Part shown: positions 12,901 through 27,900 of the stretch, piece after piece
Layout of the letters: each line of letters begins with the position of its first letter
How positions within the stretch are numbered: the stretch's first letter is position 1
Assembly (NCBI GenBank): GCA_965644295.1
Contig: CBFFRP010000002.1
Coordinates: 139,824 to 203,823 of the forward strand
DNA from: Paraphysomonas bandaiensis
Lineage: Eukaryota > Protista > Chrysophyceae
Length of the DNA stretch: 64,000 bases
Direction: 5' to 3'
Program-made: the position numbers and the translations under genes
The notes under the pieces: model-generated
Told to the model about the DNA's origin: nothing
The model's database searches: none
Seen by the model: only the letters and a program-made list of their open reading frames with translations

Positions 12901-15900
12901 GTTGTCCAAGTGTGAGTCCCACAGTTACCCCAACTGTAGCGGGTTATACGAATGCTCCCACATTATGTCCAACATCTGCACCGAGTAGTTGTCCAAGTGT
13001 GAGTCCCACAGTTACCCCAACTGTAGCGGGTGATACGAATGCTCCCACATTATGTCCAACATCTGCACCGAGTAGTTGTCCAAGTGTGAGTCCCACAGTT
13101 ACCCCAACTGTAGCGGGTGATACGAATGCTCCCACAATATGCCCAACATCTGCACCAAGTAGTTGTCCAAGTGTGAGTCCCACAGTTACCCCAACTGTAG
13201 CGGGTGATACGAATGCTCCCACATTATGTCCAACATCTGCACCGAGTAGTTGTCCAAGTGTGAGTCCCACAGTTACTCCAACTGTAGCGGGTGATACAAA
13301 TGCTCCCACATTATGTCCAACATCTGCACCGAGTAGTTGTCCAAGTGTGAGTCCCACAGTTACCCCAACTGTAGCGGGCGATACGAATGCTCCCACATTA
13401 TGTCCAACATCACTGCAATCTAGTCCAATGCCTACTTTAAGTCCTACGTTACTTCCTAGTTGTCAGCCTTCTGTTTCACCGACTTGTCAGCCTTCTGTTT
13501 CACCGACTAGTATTCCCAGTGTTGCACCGACATTATCTCCTACTGCTTTACCGTCCGTGGAACCAACGTGTAACCCCACAGCTTTACCGACAGTAGCCCC
13601 TAGCATGACTCCGACATTGTGTCCAACGGTATCTCCCACTGCTGAACCTAGTCATCTGCCAACTCTAAGTCCTACGTTACTTCCTAGTTGTCAGCCTTCT
13701 GTTTCACCGACTAGTATTCCCAGTGTCGCACCGACATTATTTCCCACAGCTTTACCGACAGTTGCCCCTAGCATGACTCCTACATTGTGTCCAACAGTAT
13801 CTCCCACTGCTGAACCTAGTCATCTGCCAACTCTAAGTCCTACGTTACGTCCAAGTTGTCAGCCTTCTGCTTCACCGACTAGTATTCCCAGTGTCGCACC
13901 GACGTCATCTCCCACAGCTTTACCGACAGTTGCCCCTAGCATGACTCCTACATTGTGTCCAACAGTATCTCCCACTGTTGAACCTAGTCATCTGCCAACT
14001 CTAAGTCCTACGTCACTTCCTAGTTGTCAGCCTTCTATTTCACCGACTAGTATTCCCAGTGTCGCACCGACATTATTTCCCACAGCTTCATCGACAGTAG
14101 TCCCTAGCATGGCTCCTACATTGTGTCCAACAGTATCTCCCACTGTAGAACCTAGTCATCTGCCAACTCTAAGTCCTACGTTACGTCCAAGTTGTCAGCC
14201 TTCTGTTTCACCGACTAGTATTCCCAGTGTCGCACCGACATCATCTCCCACAGCTTTACCGACAGTTGCCCCTAGCATGACTCCTACATTGTGTCCAACA
14301 GTATCTCCCACTGTGGAACCTAGTCATCTGCCAACTCTAAGTCCTACGTTACTTCCAAGTTGTCAGCCTTCTGCTTCACCGACTAGTATTTCCAGTGTCG
14401 CACCGACAATATCTCCCACAGCTTCACCCACAGTCGCCCCTAGCATGACTCCTACATTGTGTCCAACGGTATCTCCCACTATTGAACCTAGTCATCTGCC
14501 AACTCTAAGTCCTACGTTACTTCCAAGTTGTCAGCCTTCTGTTTCACCGACTAGTATTCCCAGTGTCGCACCGACATTATCTCCCACAGCTTTACCGACA
14601 GTTGCCCCTAGCATGACTCCTACATTGTGTCCAACAGTATCTCCCACTGCTGAACCTAGTCATCTGCCAACTCTAAGTCCTACGTTACGTCCAAGTTGTC
14701 AGCCTTCTGCTTCACCGACTAGTATTCCCAGTGTCGCACCGACGTCATCTCCCACAGCTTTACCGACAGTTGCCCCTAGCATGACTCCTACATTGTGTCC
14801 AACAGTATCTCCCACTGTTGAACCTAGTCATCTGCCAACTCTAAGTCCTACGTCACTTCCTAGTTGTCAGCCTTCTATTTCACCGACTAGTATTCCCAGT
14901 GTCGCACCGACATTATTTCCCACAGCTTCATCGACAGTAGTCCCTAGCATGGCTCCTACATTGTGTCCAACAGTATCTCCCACTGTAGAACCTAGTCATC
15001 TGCCAACTCTAAGTCCTACGTTACGTCCAAGTTGTCAGCCTTCTGCTTCACCGACTAGTATTCCCAGTGTCGCACCGACGTCATCTCCCACAGCTTTACC
15101 GACAGTTGCCCCTAGCATGACTCCTACATTGTGTCCAACAGTATCTCCCACTGTTGAACCTAGTCATCTGCCAACTCTAAGTCCTACGTCACTTCCTAGT
15201 TGTCAGCCTTCTATTTCACCGACTAGTATTCCCAGTGTCGCACCGACATTATTTCCCACAGCTTCATCGACAGTAGTCCCTAGCATGGCTCCTACATTGT
15301 GTCCAACAGTATCTCCCACTGTAGAACCTAGTCATCTGCCAACTCTAAGTCCTACGTTACGTCCAAGTTGTCAGCCTTCTGTTTCACCGACTAGTATTCC
15401 CAGTGTCGCACCGACATCATCTCCCACAGCTTTACCGACAGTTGCCCCTAGCATGACTCCTACATTGTGTCCAACAGTATCTCCCACTGTGGAACCTAGT
15501 CATCTGCCAACTCTAAGTCCTACGTTACTTCCAAGTTGTCAGCCTTCTGCTTCACCGACTAGTATTTCCAGTGTCGCACCGACAATATCTCCCACAGCTT
15601 CACCCACAGTCGCCCCTAGCATGACTCCTACATTGTGTCCAACGGTATCTCCCACTATTGAACCTAGTCATCTGCCAACTCTAAGTCCTACGTTACTTCC
15701 AAGTTGTCAGCCTTCTGTTTCACCGACTAGTATTCCCAGTGTCGCACCGACATTATCTCCCACAGCTTTACCGACAGTTGCCCCTAGCATGACTCCTACA
15801 TTGTGTCCAACGGTATCTCCCACTGTTGAACCTAGTCATCTGCCAACTCTAAGTCCTACGTTACGTCCAAGTTGTCAGCCTTCTGCTTCACCGACTAGTA

Positions 15901-18900
15901 TTCCCAGTGTCGCACCGACATTATCTCCCACAGCTTCACCGACAGTAGTCCCTAGCATGGCTCCTACTTTGTGTCCAACGGTATCTTCCACTGTGGAACC
16001 TAGTCATCTGCCAACTCTCAGTCCTACGTCACTTCCAAGTTGTCAGCCTTCTGTCGCACCGACATTATTTCCCACAGCTTCACCGTCCGTGGAACCAACA
16101 TGTAATCCCACAGCTTTACCGACAGTAGCCCCTAGCATGACTCCTACATTGTGTCCAACGGTATCTCCCACTGTGGAACCTAGTCGTCTGCCAACTCTAA
16201 GTCCTACGTTACGTCCAAGTTGTCAGCCTTCTATTTCACCGACTAGCATTCCCAGTGTCGCACCGACGTCATCTCCCACAGCTTCACCGACAGTAGCCCC
16301 TAGCATGACTCCTACATTGTGTCCAACGGTATCTCCCACTGCTGAACCTAGTCATCTGCCAACTCTAAGCCCTACGTTACGTCCAAGTTGTCAGCCTTCT
16401 GTCGCACCGACTAGTATTCCCAGTGTCGCACCGACATCATCTCCCACAGCTTTACCGACAGTAGCCCCTAGCATGACTCCTACATTGTGTCCAACGGTAT
16501 CTCCCACTGTTGAACCTAGTCATCTGCCAACTCTAAGTCCTACGTTACGTCCAAGTTGTCAGCCTTCTGCTTCACCGACTAGTATTCCCAGTGTCGCACC
16601 GACATTATCTCCCACAGCTTCACCGACAGTAGTCCCTAGCATGGCTCCTACTTTGTGTCCAACGGTATCTTCCACTGTGGAACCTAGTCATCTGCCAACT
16701 CTCAGTCCTACGTCACTTCCAAGTTGTCAGCCTTCTGTCGCACCGACATTATTTCCCACAGCTTCACCGTCCGTGGAACCAACATGTAATCCCACAGCTT
16801 TACCGACAGTAGCCCCTAGCATGACTCCTACATTGTGTCCAACGGTATCTCCCACTGTGGAACCTAGTCGTCTGCCAACTCTAAGTCCTACGTTACGTCC
16901 AAGTTGTCAGCCTTCTATTTCACCGACTAGCATTCCCAGTGTCGCACCGACGTCATCTCCCACAGCTTCACCGACAGTAGCCCCTAGCATGACTCCTACA
17001 TTGTGTCCAACGGTATCTCCCACTGCTGAACCTAGTCATCTGCCAACTCTAAGCCCTACGTTACGTCCAAGTTGTCAGCCTTCTGTCGCACCGACTAGTA
17101 TTCCCAGTGTCGCACCGACATCATCTCCCACAGCTTTACCGACAGTAGCCCCTAGCATGACTCCTACATTGTGTCCAACAGTATCTCCCACTGTGGAACC
17201 TAGTCATCTGCCAACTCTAAGTCCTACGTCACCTCCTAGTTGTCAGCCTTCTGTTTCACCGACTAGTATTCCCAGTGTCGCACCGACATTATTTCCCACA
17301 GCTTCACCGACAGTAGCCCCTAGCATGGCTCCTACTTTGTGTCCAACGGTATCTCCCACTGTGGAACCTAGTCATCTGCCAACTCTAAGTCCTACGTTAC
17401 GTCCAAGTTGTCAGCCTTCTGTCGCACCGACTAGTATTCCCAGTGTCGCACCGACATCATCTCCCACAGCTTTACCGACAGTAGCCCCTAGCATGACTCC
17501 TACATTGTGTCCAACAGTATCTCCCACTGTGGAACCTAGTCATCTGCCAACTCTAAGTCCTACGTCACCTCCTAGTTGTCAGCCTTCTGTTTCACCGACT
17601 AGTATTCCCAGTGTCGCACCGACATCATCTCCCACAGCTTTACCGACAGTAGCCCCTAGCATGACTCCTACATTGTGTCCAACAGTATCTCCCACTGTGG
17701 AACCTAGTCATCTGCCAACTCTAAGTCCTACGTCACCTCCTAGTTGTCAGCCTTCTGTTTCACCGACTAGTATTCCCAGTGTCGCACCGACATTATTTCC
17801 CACAGCTTCACCGACAGTAGCCCCTAGCATGGCTCCTACTTTGTGTCCAACGGTATCTCCCACTGTGGAACCTAGTCATCTGCCAACTCTAAGTCCTACG
17901 TTACGTCCAAGTTGTCAGCCTTCTGTCGCACCGACTAGTATTCCCAGTGTCGCACCGACATCATCTCCCACAGCTTTACCGACAGTAGCCCCTAGCATGA
18001 CTCCTACATTGTGTCCAACAGTATCTCCCACTATGGAACCTAGTCATCTGCCAACTCTAAGTCCTACGTCACCTCCTAGTTGTCAGCCTTCTGTTTCACC
18101 GACTAGTATTCCCAGTGTCGCACCGACATTATTTCCCACAGCTTCACCGTCCGTGGAACCAACATGTAATCCCACAGCTTTACCGACAGTAGCCCCTAGC
18201 ATGGCTCCTACATTGTGCCCTTCATCTCTTCCATCGCCTGCACCTTCGAGTTTACCAACGCAGTTTCCTACCTGCGTGCCGTCTGTTTCACCTTCTTTAA
18301 ATCCTACATACGCACCAAGTAGTTGCCCTTCATATTGTCCCTCAACTGAGCCGACGACTTACCCTAGTGAACCACCTACTACTGTCCCTACCGCTGCACC
18401 AACGATAATTCCCACCGCAAAACCCACGAATATCCCATCCTCATTTCCATCATACCGACCTTCCTACACTCCAACGTTTTCCTTCTCGAGTCTCCCTTCT
18501 GTATCACCGGCTTCTGTGCCCTCATCGTATCCGACAACTTCTCCCACAGAATTATCGATATGCTTAAATGTTTCGACAGTAGCTGTTTTATCTGAAGTGG
18601 TTGGGGTCGCGCCGGGTATATTCCGCGGATACTCTGGTGTTTTTGTGAGTTTCCCGACTACAATTCAGTTTATCAATGGGTCTGGCGTGGACATATACTC
18701 GACGGGTGGTGACTTGTATGATGTAGTGCATGTGGCAGGTATCGAAGGTTCGTTTGGTGAAAGAGACGGAGATTTCAAAGGACTGTCTACGTTTAATAAT
18801 CCCAGTCGACTCCGGTATGATGCTATGGAAAACGTGTTGTTTGCCGTTTCAGACTCAAGCAATGTTATTCGAATACTAGACTTTGAGACAAATAATGTAT

Positions 18901-21900
18901 CTACATTGACAGATAGTTCTGGAAATAATATGATGTTTCCTATCCCTTCTGGATACCTTTCTGGAGGTAGATTTCCTGGTATGGATCTGGACATCGCGGG
19001 TTCGTATCTTTATGTGACAGATCGTTACAATTTGTACAATCTCACTCGCTCTTTGGATTCGCAGCATGATGTGGCGTACAATCGCCAGATGTATACTGCA
19101 CTAGCTGAATTTGCAGCTGCTGAGTCGTGGCCCAGCGACTACTATGTATTCGGTGTGGCAGCTGTTGAGCACGAATCGACGTTGTATGTGACAGTGTCGT
19201 ATCGCCTGAATATATTGTTGCGCATACCAATGCGGGTCACACACTACTCTGAGATTGCAGTAGTTGCTGGAAATGCATCTGATGTGTATGATGGAGTATT
19301 TCAAGATAACGTGACGCCATACGCTCGAGATGGGTTTGGCATGGATGCGATGTTAGCCTTTCCTTCGAGTGTAACTTACGATCCCGTGAGCGATTCACTG
19401 TACTTTACTGAGAGTTTTACCGAATTTGATCAACACGTTGATGACTTGTATGTGGGTTCTATGACTGTCCGTCGGTTCAAGTTATCGACGGGGTACGTGA
19501 GTACCTATGCTGGGTATGATTTTTCCAATGGCCATGGTGACCAACATGAGACATACTTCACGGCCGGTGGGTATCGTGACGGGTGGGCTGCAGAGGCCGA
19601 GTTTTCATATCCTCTCACTATATCTTACGCTGGATATTCTTTTTTTGGGGAGCCGGTGATATTTTTAACTGATTTCTTCAACAATGCTCTTCGTGTAGTC
19701 TTTCCGCACAACTGTGATAATCCTCCTAATAAGACTATGAATCCCACCTTTTTTCCTACCAAGCATCCTACGTTGCTTCCAACCCATATGCCTACATTTT
19801 CCCCTTCCAGCAGTCAGCCATCTTCTGTACCGTCTTCAGCTCCGTCAATGTTACCAACGCTTGACCTAAGATGTATAAATATTTCGACAGTAGCTGTTTT
19901 ATCTGAAGTGGTTGGGGTCGCGCCGGGTATATTCCACGGATATTCTGGTGTTTTTGTGAGTTTCCCGACTACAATTCAGTTTATCAATGGGTCTGGCGTG
20001 GACATATACTCGACGGGTGGTGACTTGTATGATGTAGTGCATGTGGCAGGTATCGAAGGTTCGTTTGGTGAAAGAGACGGAGATTTCAAAGGACTGTCTA
20101 CGTTTAATAATCCCAGTCGACTCCGGTATGATGCTATGGAAAACGTGTTGTTTGCCGTTTCAGACTCAAGCAATGTTATTCGAATACTAGACTTTGAGAC
20201 AAATAATGTATCTACATTGACAGATAGTTCTGGAAATAATATGATGTTTCCTATCCCTTCTGGATACTTTTCTGGAGGTAGATTTCCTGGTATGGATCTG
20301 GACATCGCGGGTTCGTATCTTTATGTGACAGATCGTTACAATTTGTACAATCTCACTCGCTCTTTGGATTCGCAGCATGATGTGGCGTACAATCGCCAGA
20401 TGTATACTGCACTAGCTGAATTTGCAGCTGCTGAGTCGTGGCCCAGCGACTACTATGTATTCGGTGTGGCAGCTGTTGAGCACGAATCGACGTTGTATGT
20501 GACAGTGTCGTATCGCCTGAATATATTGTTGCGCATACCAATGCGGGTCACACACTACTCTGAGATTGCAGTAGTTGCTGGAAATGCATCTGATGTGTAT
20601 GATGGAGTATTTCAAGATAACGTGACGCCATACGCTCGAGATGGGTTTGGCATGGATGCGATGTTAGCCTTTCCTTCGAGTGTAACTTACGATCCCGTGA
20701 GCGATTCACTGTACTTTACTGAGAGTTTTACCGAATTTGATCAACACGTTGATGACTTGTATGTGGGTTCTATGACTGTCCGTCGGTTCAAGTTATCGAC
20801 GGGGTACGTGAGTACCTATGCTGGGTATGATTTTTCCAATGGCCATGGTGACCAACATGAGACATACTTCACGGCCGGTGGGTATCGTGACGGGTGGGCT
20901 GCAGAGGCCGAGTTTTCATATCCTCTAACTATATCTTACGCTGGATATTCTATCCTAGGCGAGCCGGTGCTGTTTGTTACAGATTTCTTCAACAATGCTC
21001 TTCGTGTTGTTTTTACGGGAGAGTGCTTAGTTCCGCCAAACAAAACGCTGACTCCAACCCATGCTCCTACCATTTCTCCGAATCCTCTTCCCACTCTATA
21101 TCCAACATCTATGCCACAAACATGGCAGCCATCTCCTGTACCAAGCTTTTCACCTTCAATATTACCCACTCTTGAAACTACACAGAATGTTTCGACAGTA
21201 GCTGTTTTATCTGAAGTGGTTGGGGTCGCGCCGGGTATATTCCGCGGATACTCTGGTGTTTTTGTGAGTTTCCCGACTACAATTCAGTTTATCAATGGGT
21301 CTGGCGTGGACATATACTCGACGGGTGGTGACTTGTATGATGTAGTGCATGTGGCAGGTATCGAAGGTTCGTTTGGTGAAAGAGACGGAGATTTCAAAGG
21401 ACTGTCTACGTTTAATAATCCCAGTCGACTCCGGTATGATGCTATGGAAAACGTGTTGTTTGCCGTTTCAGACTCAAGCAATGTTATTCGAATACTAGAC
21501 TTTGAGACAAATAATGTATCTACATTGACAGATAGTTCTGGAAATAATATGATGTTTCCTATCCCTTCTGGATACTTTTCTGGAGGTAGATTTCCTGGTA
21601 TGGATCTGGACATCGCGGGTTCGTATCTTTATGTGACAGATCGTTACAATTTGTACAATCTCACTCGCTCTTTGGATTCGCAGCATGATGTGGCGTACAA
21701 TCGCCAGATGTATACTGCACTAGCTGAATTTGCAGCTGCTGAGTCGTGGCCCAGCGACTACTATGTATTCGGTGTGGCAGCTGTTGAGCACGAATCGACG
21801 TTGTATGTGACAGTGTCGTATCGCCTGAATATATTGTTGCGCATACCAATGCGGGTCACACACTACTCTGAGATTGCAGTAGTTGCTGGAAATGCATCTG

Positions 21901-24900
21901 ATGTGTATGATGGAGTATTTCAAGATAACGTGACGCCATACGCTCGAGATGGGTTTGGCATGGATGCGATGTTAGCCTTTCCTTCGAGTGTAACTTACGA
22001 TCCCGTGAGCGATTCACTGTACTTTACTGAGAGTTTTACCGAATTTGATCAACACGTTGATGACTTGTATGTGGGTTCTATGACTGTCCGTCGGTTCAAG
22101 TTATCGACGGGGTACGTGAGTACCTATGCTGGGTATGATTTTTCCAATGGCCATGGTGACCAACATGAGACATACTTCACGGCCGGTGGGTATCGTGACG
22201 GGTGGGCTGCAGAGGCCGAGTTTTCATATCCTCTCACTATATCTTACGCTGGATATTCTATCCTAGGCGAGCCGATTCTGTTTGTTACAGATTTCTTCAA
22301 CAGTGCTGTCAGAGTTATATATAGTATACCACTACTTGGAGCAGTTTTTTCTGCTCGCCTTTTGTCGTCCGGCTTGGAAAACACTGTATCATCCCCATTA
22401 TTCAATGCGTCGGCATCGAATGGTACCAATGCATCCTCGCTGTTTAACGAGTTTATTGCAATGTGTGTATACGATAGCAATTCATACTCACGCACGCCCT
22501 CATTTCTGCCGTCGATGCCACCCCCAGTCCCAACCTATTCTCCAACTCCTTCTGCCACAGTCATTGAAGCACCTCTTTATAATAGTATTGTACCCTTACT
22601 TAACACCTACAATCGAGAGGCAAACACAATAGTGGTCGAAGTCACTGGTTTGTCGTCTCATGGCTTTTTGTACTGTGCTGCGTACACTGGTGAAAATAGT
22701 CAAACCTTGGCATCTGTGTTGGATATTCGGTACCGTGCATCACATGTGCAGTTTGTACGCAACTCAACTGCATCTGTGACTGTAAATGGATTGTATCCTG
22801 GTGTAGTACACAGAGTCCTATGTGGAACACATTCAGCTGGAACTGTTCTTTTAACTGGTTCTTCGCACTTGAGCCTTGGAGAAGTACTGTCTCGTTCAGT
22901 TGAAGTCTCGATACCTGGACCTAAAGCTATCTACTTGGCATACCCCTATGGACACCGTCACTTTAGCCCTGGCGTGTCGCATCCTCTTCACATCAGAGTG
23001 GATGCTTTGCCATCTGTTGAGCTTGAGGTCAGACCCATGGCCTTCTTCCAATTACATGGAGACCTAGGGGAATGCAATACAGGTGAATTAACGTCCTTCG
23101 AGGCCGCTGAAAATGTGTCATTTTCAGAAGAGTCGGTACTGTTTTCATCGAGCACCAGTGTGTCCGATATGTCGATAGATGTTTATTTCAGCGTACACTC
23201 ACCAGGGTGTTATTACATAGGACTCGATGTGAGTGGCCAAAGTGCCGGTGAATACGACCGCAATCTCACAATTTCTGCGGCATATTCGGAATTTAATACA
23301 ATTGTTCTACAGTACTATGCTCTAGGTGATTTAGTTGAAGCCCCCAATTTACTTTCTGTTACTTTCACCCCAAGTGGTAGTCATGCATTTATTGCATTTG
23401 ATTCAGCCACTGATAGGGGACTGACGAGTGGAGTGCTTAAATCTCCGAATGATACGTTTTATTGCAGTGATATATTTAGTTTCACTGCTGCCAATTCGTC
23501 GTCGTGTTTATTTGTGTCTGACACCGAGGTTCTTGTCACTTTCCCTCATGGCTATTTATTCGACCTGCCGGTAGTTGGAAGTGATATAGGAATCGTCAGA
23601 GGTGTTGTGCGTGCCCATTGTTCTGAAATAAGTTGCAATACACTTCCCACATCCACATCCCCAGCTTCTGTATTTTCTGCACCTACCGATATTGATATGC
23701 CTCAGTTAATCATCACTGCCCCACAAACCGCGAATAGAACTGATGGCATCGTTTTATATTTTGACTCTTCGAGTGGGCATGGTGGTAGAAGCTGGTTAGA
23801 CGTACAATGGGTTGCCTATCGTGACGGTTTACTGGACGTCTCTATTACGGGGATGTTGAATTCAGGTGAAGCTAAGTCATCCTGCCTTTTCCGACTGTGT
23901 GTAGTTGTGGAAGGTGGGCTTCTGGAGCATGCGATATACACCTTTGTCTTAGAGGCAGCGAATTGGCTTGGTGGAGTAGGATACAGTTCTATAACTGTTG
24001 ACGTGACATCTTCATGGTTTCATGTGGGTATTGCCGAAGGGAATGATATCGTTTTGCACCATCGTCAAAACTTATACTTGCATAGCTTTATTGAGCCCAC
24101 TTTAACCGTTAGTGAGTTGACAAGTGACTTTGTGTACGCATGGAGTGTGTATAGAGATGGTGTCCGAGAAGATGGTTTGTCGAATGAGGCGAATAGTTCC
24201 AGTGACTTCTTTTTATCTGCCGGCAGCTTGGCTGGTAGTCTCTTTGAAGTTGATTTAATTGTGACAATCGTATCCAGTAATATGACGTCCCATGCCCGCG
24301 CCAGTGTCTTTGTGAGGAGAGGGAGCCTTCATGCTATTATTTCAGAGGGCAGTAGTATAACTCGCTCCTCCGAGGAGAAAATCATACTGAGCGCTGGGAA
24401 CAGTGTAGATGATAGTAGCGGACTAATATCTGAGAAACGAGATAATTTTACAATTGTGTGGACGTGTCTCGTGGCATACTCAACTGTAGTTTCTCCGTGC
24501 TCAAACAAGGCGAATATTTCTTCTGCTATCGTCAACGATGGCAACCTCGAGTTGCCACCTTATTCCCTCAGCCCCTCGTATTCCTTTGTGTTCCAAGTGA
24601 CTGTTATGAACTCTTTTGCTATGTACTCTGAGACCCGCATTATTGTGCGTACAATTTCGACAGGTTTGACATGCCCTCAAGTATCGGTATCGATATTCGA
24701 TTTCAATTTTCGTACGACCGGTTACATTGTCAACAGCCACCACGAAATGTTGCTGCTTTCAGATGCTGCGTACCCATCTGCTCATTTAGTGTCCTGGGGG
24801 ATCACTAACCCCATCAATTCGCACTTGACGTCCTTTAATTTCACGCAGTCGTCGGGTGGTATTGTATCATTGCCGTATCGAGTGCCTGCTGGATACTTAA

Positions 24901-27900
24901 CACCAGGTACTCACTACACGTTCCAACTGACATCTACGCCATACGATTGCGATAATTGTGTATCGGCCCTCTCCCAACTAATGGTAGCTGTAAATGCCCC
25001 CCCTGTCGTCGGACGCTTCGATGTTTCCCCCCCCTCTGGTAATGCTGAGGGTGGGCTTAACAGCACAATATTTTTCTTCTCAGTTGGTTACACCGCCGAC
25101 CCTGATCTGCCCTTGTCTTACCGGTTTTCATTGTATGATTATGGTGTGCATTTTCCTGGTGAAATTGTAATGCAGTCGTATACCGGTCTGGCTCATATTA
25201 AGAGAACGTTACCCCGAGGTGTAGAGGTCACTGATCATGGGAAAATGGAGAATATGCTATCCGTACTGGCATATGTTTCTGATAGCAGTGGGGCGGAGTC
25301 CCGGATGGGCACTTCCGTGCAGGTGTTTCCAACAGTGGTATGGAATGCATCTGAACTGTACGGTTTTGCCACTGCTAATGTTAAGGAAGCTATGCGATCC
25401 AGAAATTATGTGTTAGCTTTGTATCGTATTGCAACTGCAGGCATTCTGTTAACAAACCCTTCAAACATTTTACTTGACACTGTCAGCTCTGTTGATGTGC
25501 TATTTTCACTAACCCAGGCATTGATTTTTGATGCTATTGAGAGCATCGGCTACTTGGACTTCAACGTCAATATACAGGACACATATTTGTTTGAGTCTGC
25601 TGCGCACATGTGCAGCATCTTTGCTAATGGAACTGCCTTAAGACTCGGTGATATGTCCTCCTTGTCTGTGGCATACGAATATTTATATCGTCTAGAGGAA
25701 ATATATCTAAGCGCAAGCAATTCTAATACCCTTGGCGGCGAAATTTTGTTGCAGTGTCTCGATGCCCTCAATACTCTTGCTGCGGTAGGTGGTGCGGAAG
25801 AGGCATCGGGGACAGGTCGACGATTACAGTCATACGGCGGTGTCACTGACTTAGGTACAGCTATAGACTTGATCGACAACTTTCGCTTGTCTATGATCAT
25901 CGGTGACGAGAAGAGTGCAGCGTTGAGTTCTTTCCAATACTTCATAAGTAGTGGTCGACCGTTAGAGCTTCAACATTTAGGGTTGTTTTCCGACTTCCTT
26001 GGTGCCACTGCCACTGTCACCTCAAATTTTTCTGCTGTGGTGGATGTGGCCGATGTGAGTGATATTGGTAGATATGATGTAGCTGTGGTATCTCTCTCGG
26101 ATGGTAGCATAACGCCAGTCTGTGATATAGAATCCGCTGTTTGTGATCTTATAGGATTGTCCTCAATAAGTTCTAGCGCACTTACATTATCTTCTCCCAC
26201 GCAACTGTCAGCACTAACGCAGAATGCAGTGAACGTTTGGAGCAAATACTTTCATGCGACCATATCAACGAATAGCACAGATGAGGTTCACTCGTTTAAG
26301 GTTTTTTGTAAAGGGGATGTTGACGAGATGAAAATATATAATTGCACAGAGGAAGCTACCGCTGGACCCTCTAGTGTGTTGGAGATGCCCTGCAATTCTG
26401 GTGATCCGGGTGTTTGGGAGGGTTCATGTCCATTGTATCATCATGCCCCCGCATGTATCGACAATACGGTGGAACAAACTTCCTCGTGCTCAGTGGTTGA
26501 GTATGCAACAACATACACCACTTGTTCATGCAGCTCATTTGCATCCGAAACTTTAGCTAACAGTGAATACGAGTACAAGTTTACCGCTGTCAGCGCTGGT
26601 GTTGTATTTACCCGTGTGATTCACACGCCATTGTTTCTGCAATTCAATCCTTCTCTTACAGTTCCATCTCCTCCTACACCCGCCCCTTCTACTTCAGAGG
26701 ATGCGGAAGTTCTTGCACAATCGTCCTCTTCTTCTGAATTTGATATGAATGTGTTTCAGATAGCTTTCCCTCTGTGTGTATTTTTCTGTATTCTCTGCAT
26801 CTTGCTCGTGATGTACAAGCGCAGGGAAGATAACAAAACCATGGAAGATGCTTATGCTCATAATGTCACTAAACCCTCTCGCCCGATTGATGACTTCTGG
26901 GTCAATCTTGCCGCGGCCCGGGCCTGTGTCAAGAGTAGGAATATATCTGCGGCAGAAAAGCTGTATATCCAAGCCATTGCGAATCTCAAGCAGGCCGAAG
27001 CAGAAAAGGATTTAGTTGTTATTCAAAGCTCCGAGATGGGGTCGCCAGATTCACGCAGAAGGCGCCAGCGCTTATATGACGAATATAGAGTTTCAGCTGA
27101 AGTGGACTATAACAGTGATGAAAGCAGTGATGTATCATCAACGGCTTCCTCAGTTGGAGTACTGGATCAGGCGAAAATGTACTTTGAGTTGGCTGAAGTC
27201 GAACGGGCACTAGAGAAACGAAAGAATGCGGTTCTGTACTACAAACGAGCTCGAATTCTTCTTCACGATCCATGGTCAGACACTTGGTTTGGTAGTCCCC
27301 TGATGGACCAGGAGGCAACCCCGGAACCGCGTACATTTTTAGATCTACGTGAAAGTGTGATTAGAGACCTTCAAGCGGCCGATGATATCGAGAATATATC
27401 CTCACCTAGACCTTCGCGAAAGCGCCAGTCTGAAAATGTGGCTAAAGTTTTGAGCGCAGAAGTTTCCCCTGGTGGCCCAAGTATATCGCACAACTTGTCC
27501 AGTAGTGATGAGAGCGAGGTTGTAAGTGTTGATTTTGATGTCGATGCGGACGTGGATGCATTGCTGACGCCAATTGGAAACGGTGGTATCAACAATGAAT
27601 TTGATGAGTATCTTCAATTGGCGTTAGCACGTCGATCTGGAGAGAATTTAACCAATGGGGCACTGGCTAGTGATGGTTCTATTGCCGTAGCCAATGTACA
27701 AAAGGTTTCAGTATCTAGTACTGATAGTTTCGATAGTGGTATTGGCGATGAACGCAGCAGTATCGCCGATTTCTACCCGGAGGGTGGTGATGTGGAGCCC
27801 ACAACTTCCTGGCTGGTTCCTGAGCACATGTTGGAGAGGGTTTCGGTAGGCGCACAATGGAATTTTGAAGATGGTGGTGAAAAGAGTGACGGGTGTGTTG

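Noticed and set aside
7448-13396. Long antisense ORFs (VGAFVSPATVG...)
   Set aside because: Mirror frames of the 87-bp coding repeat.
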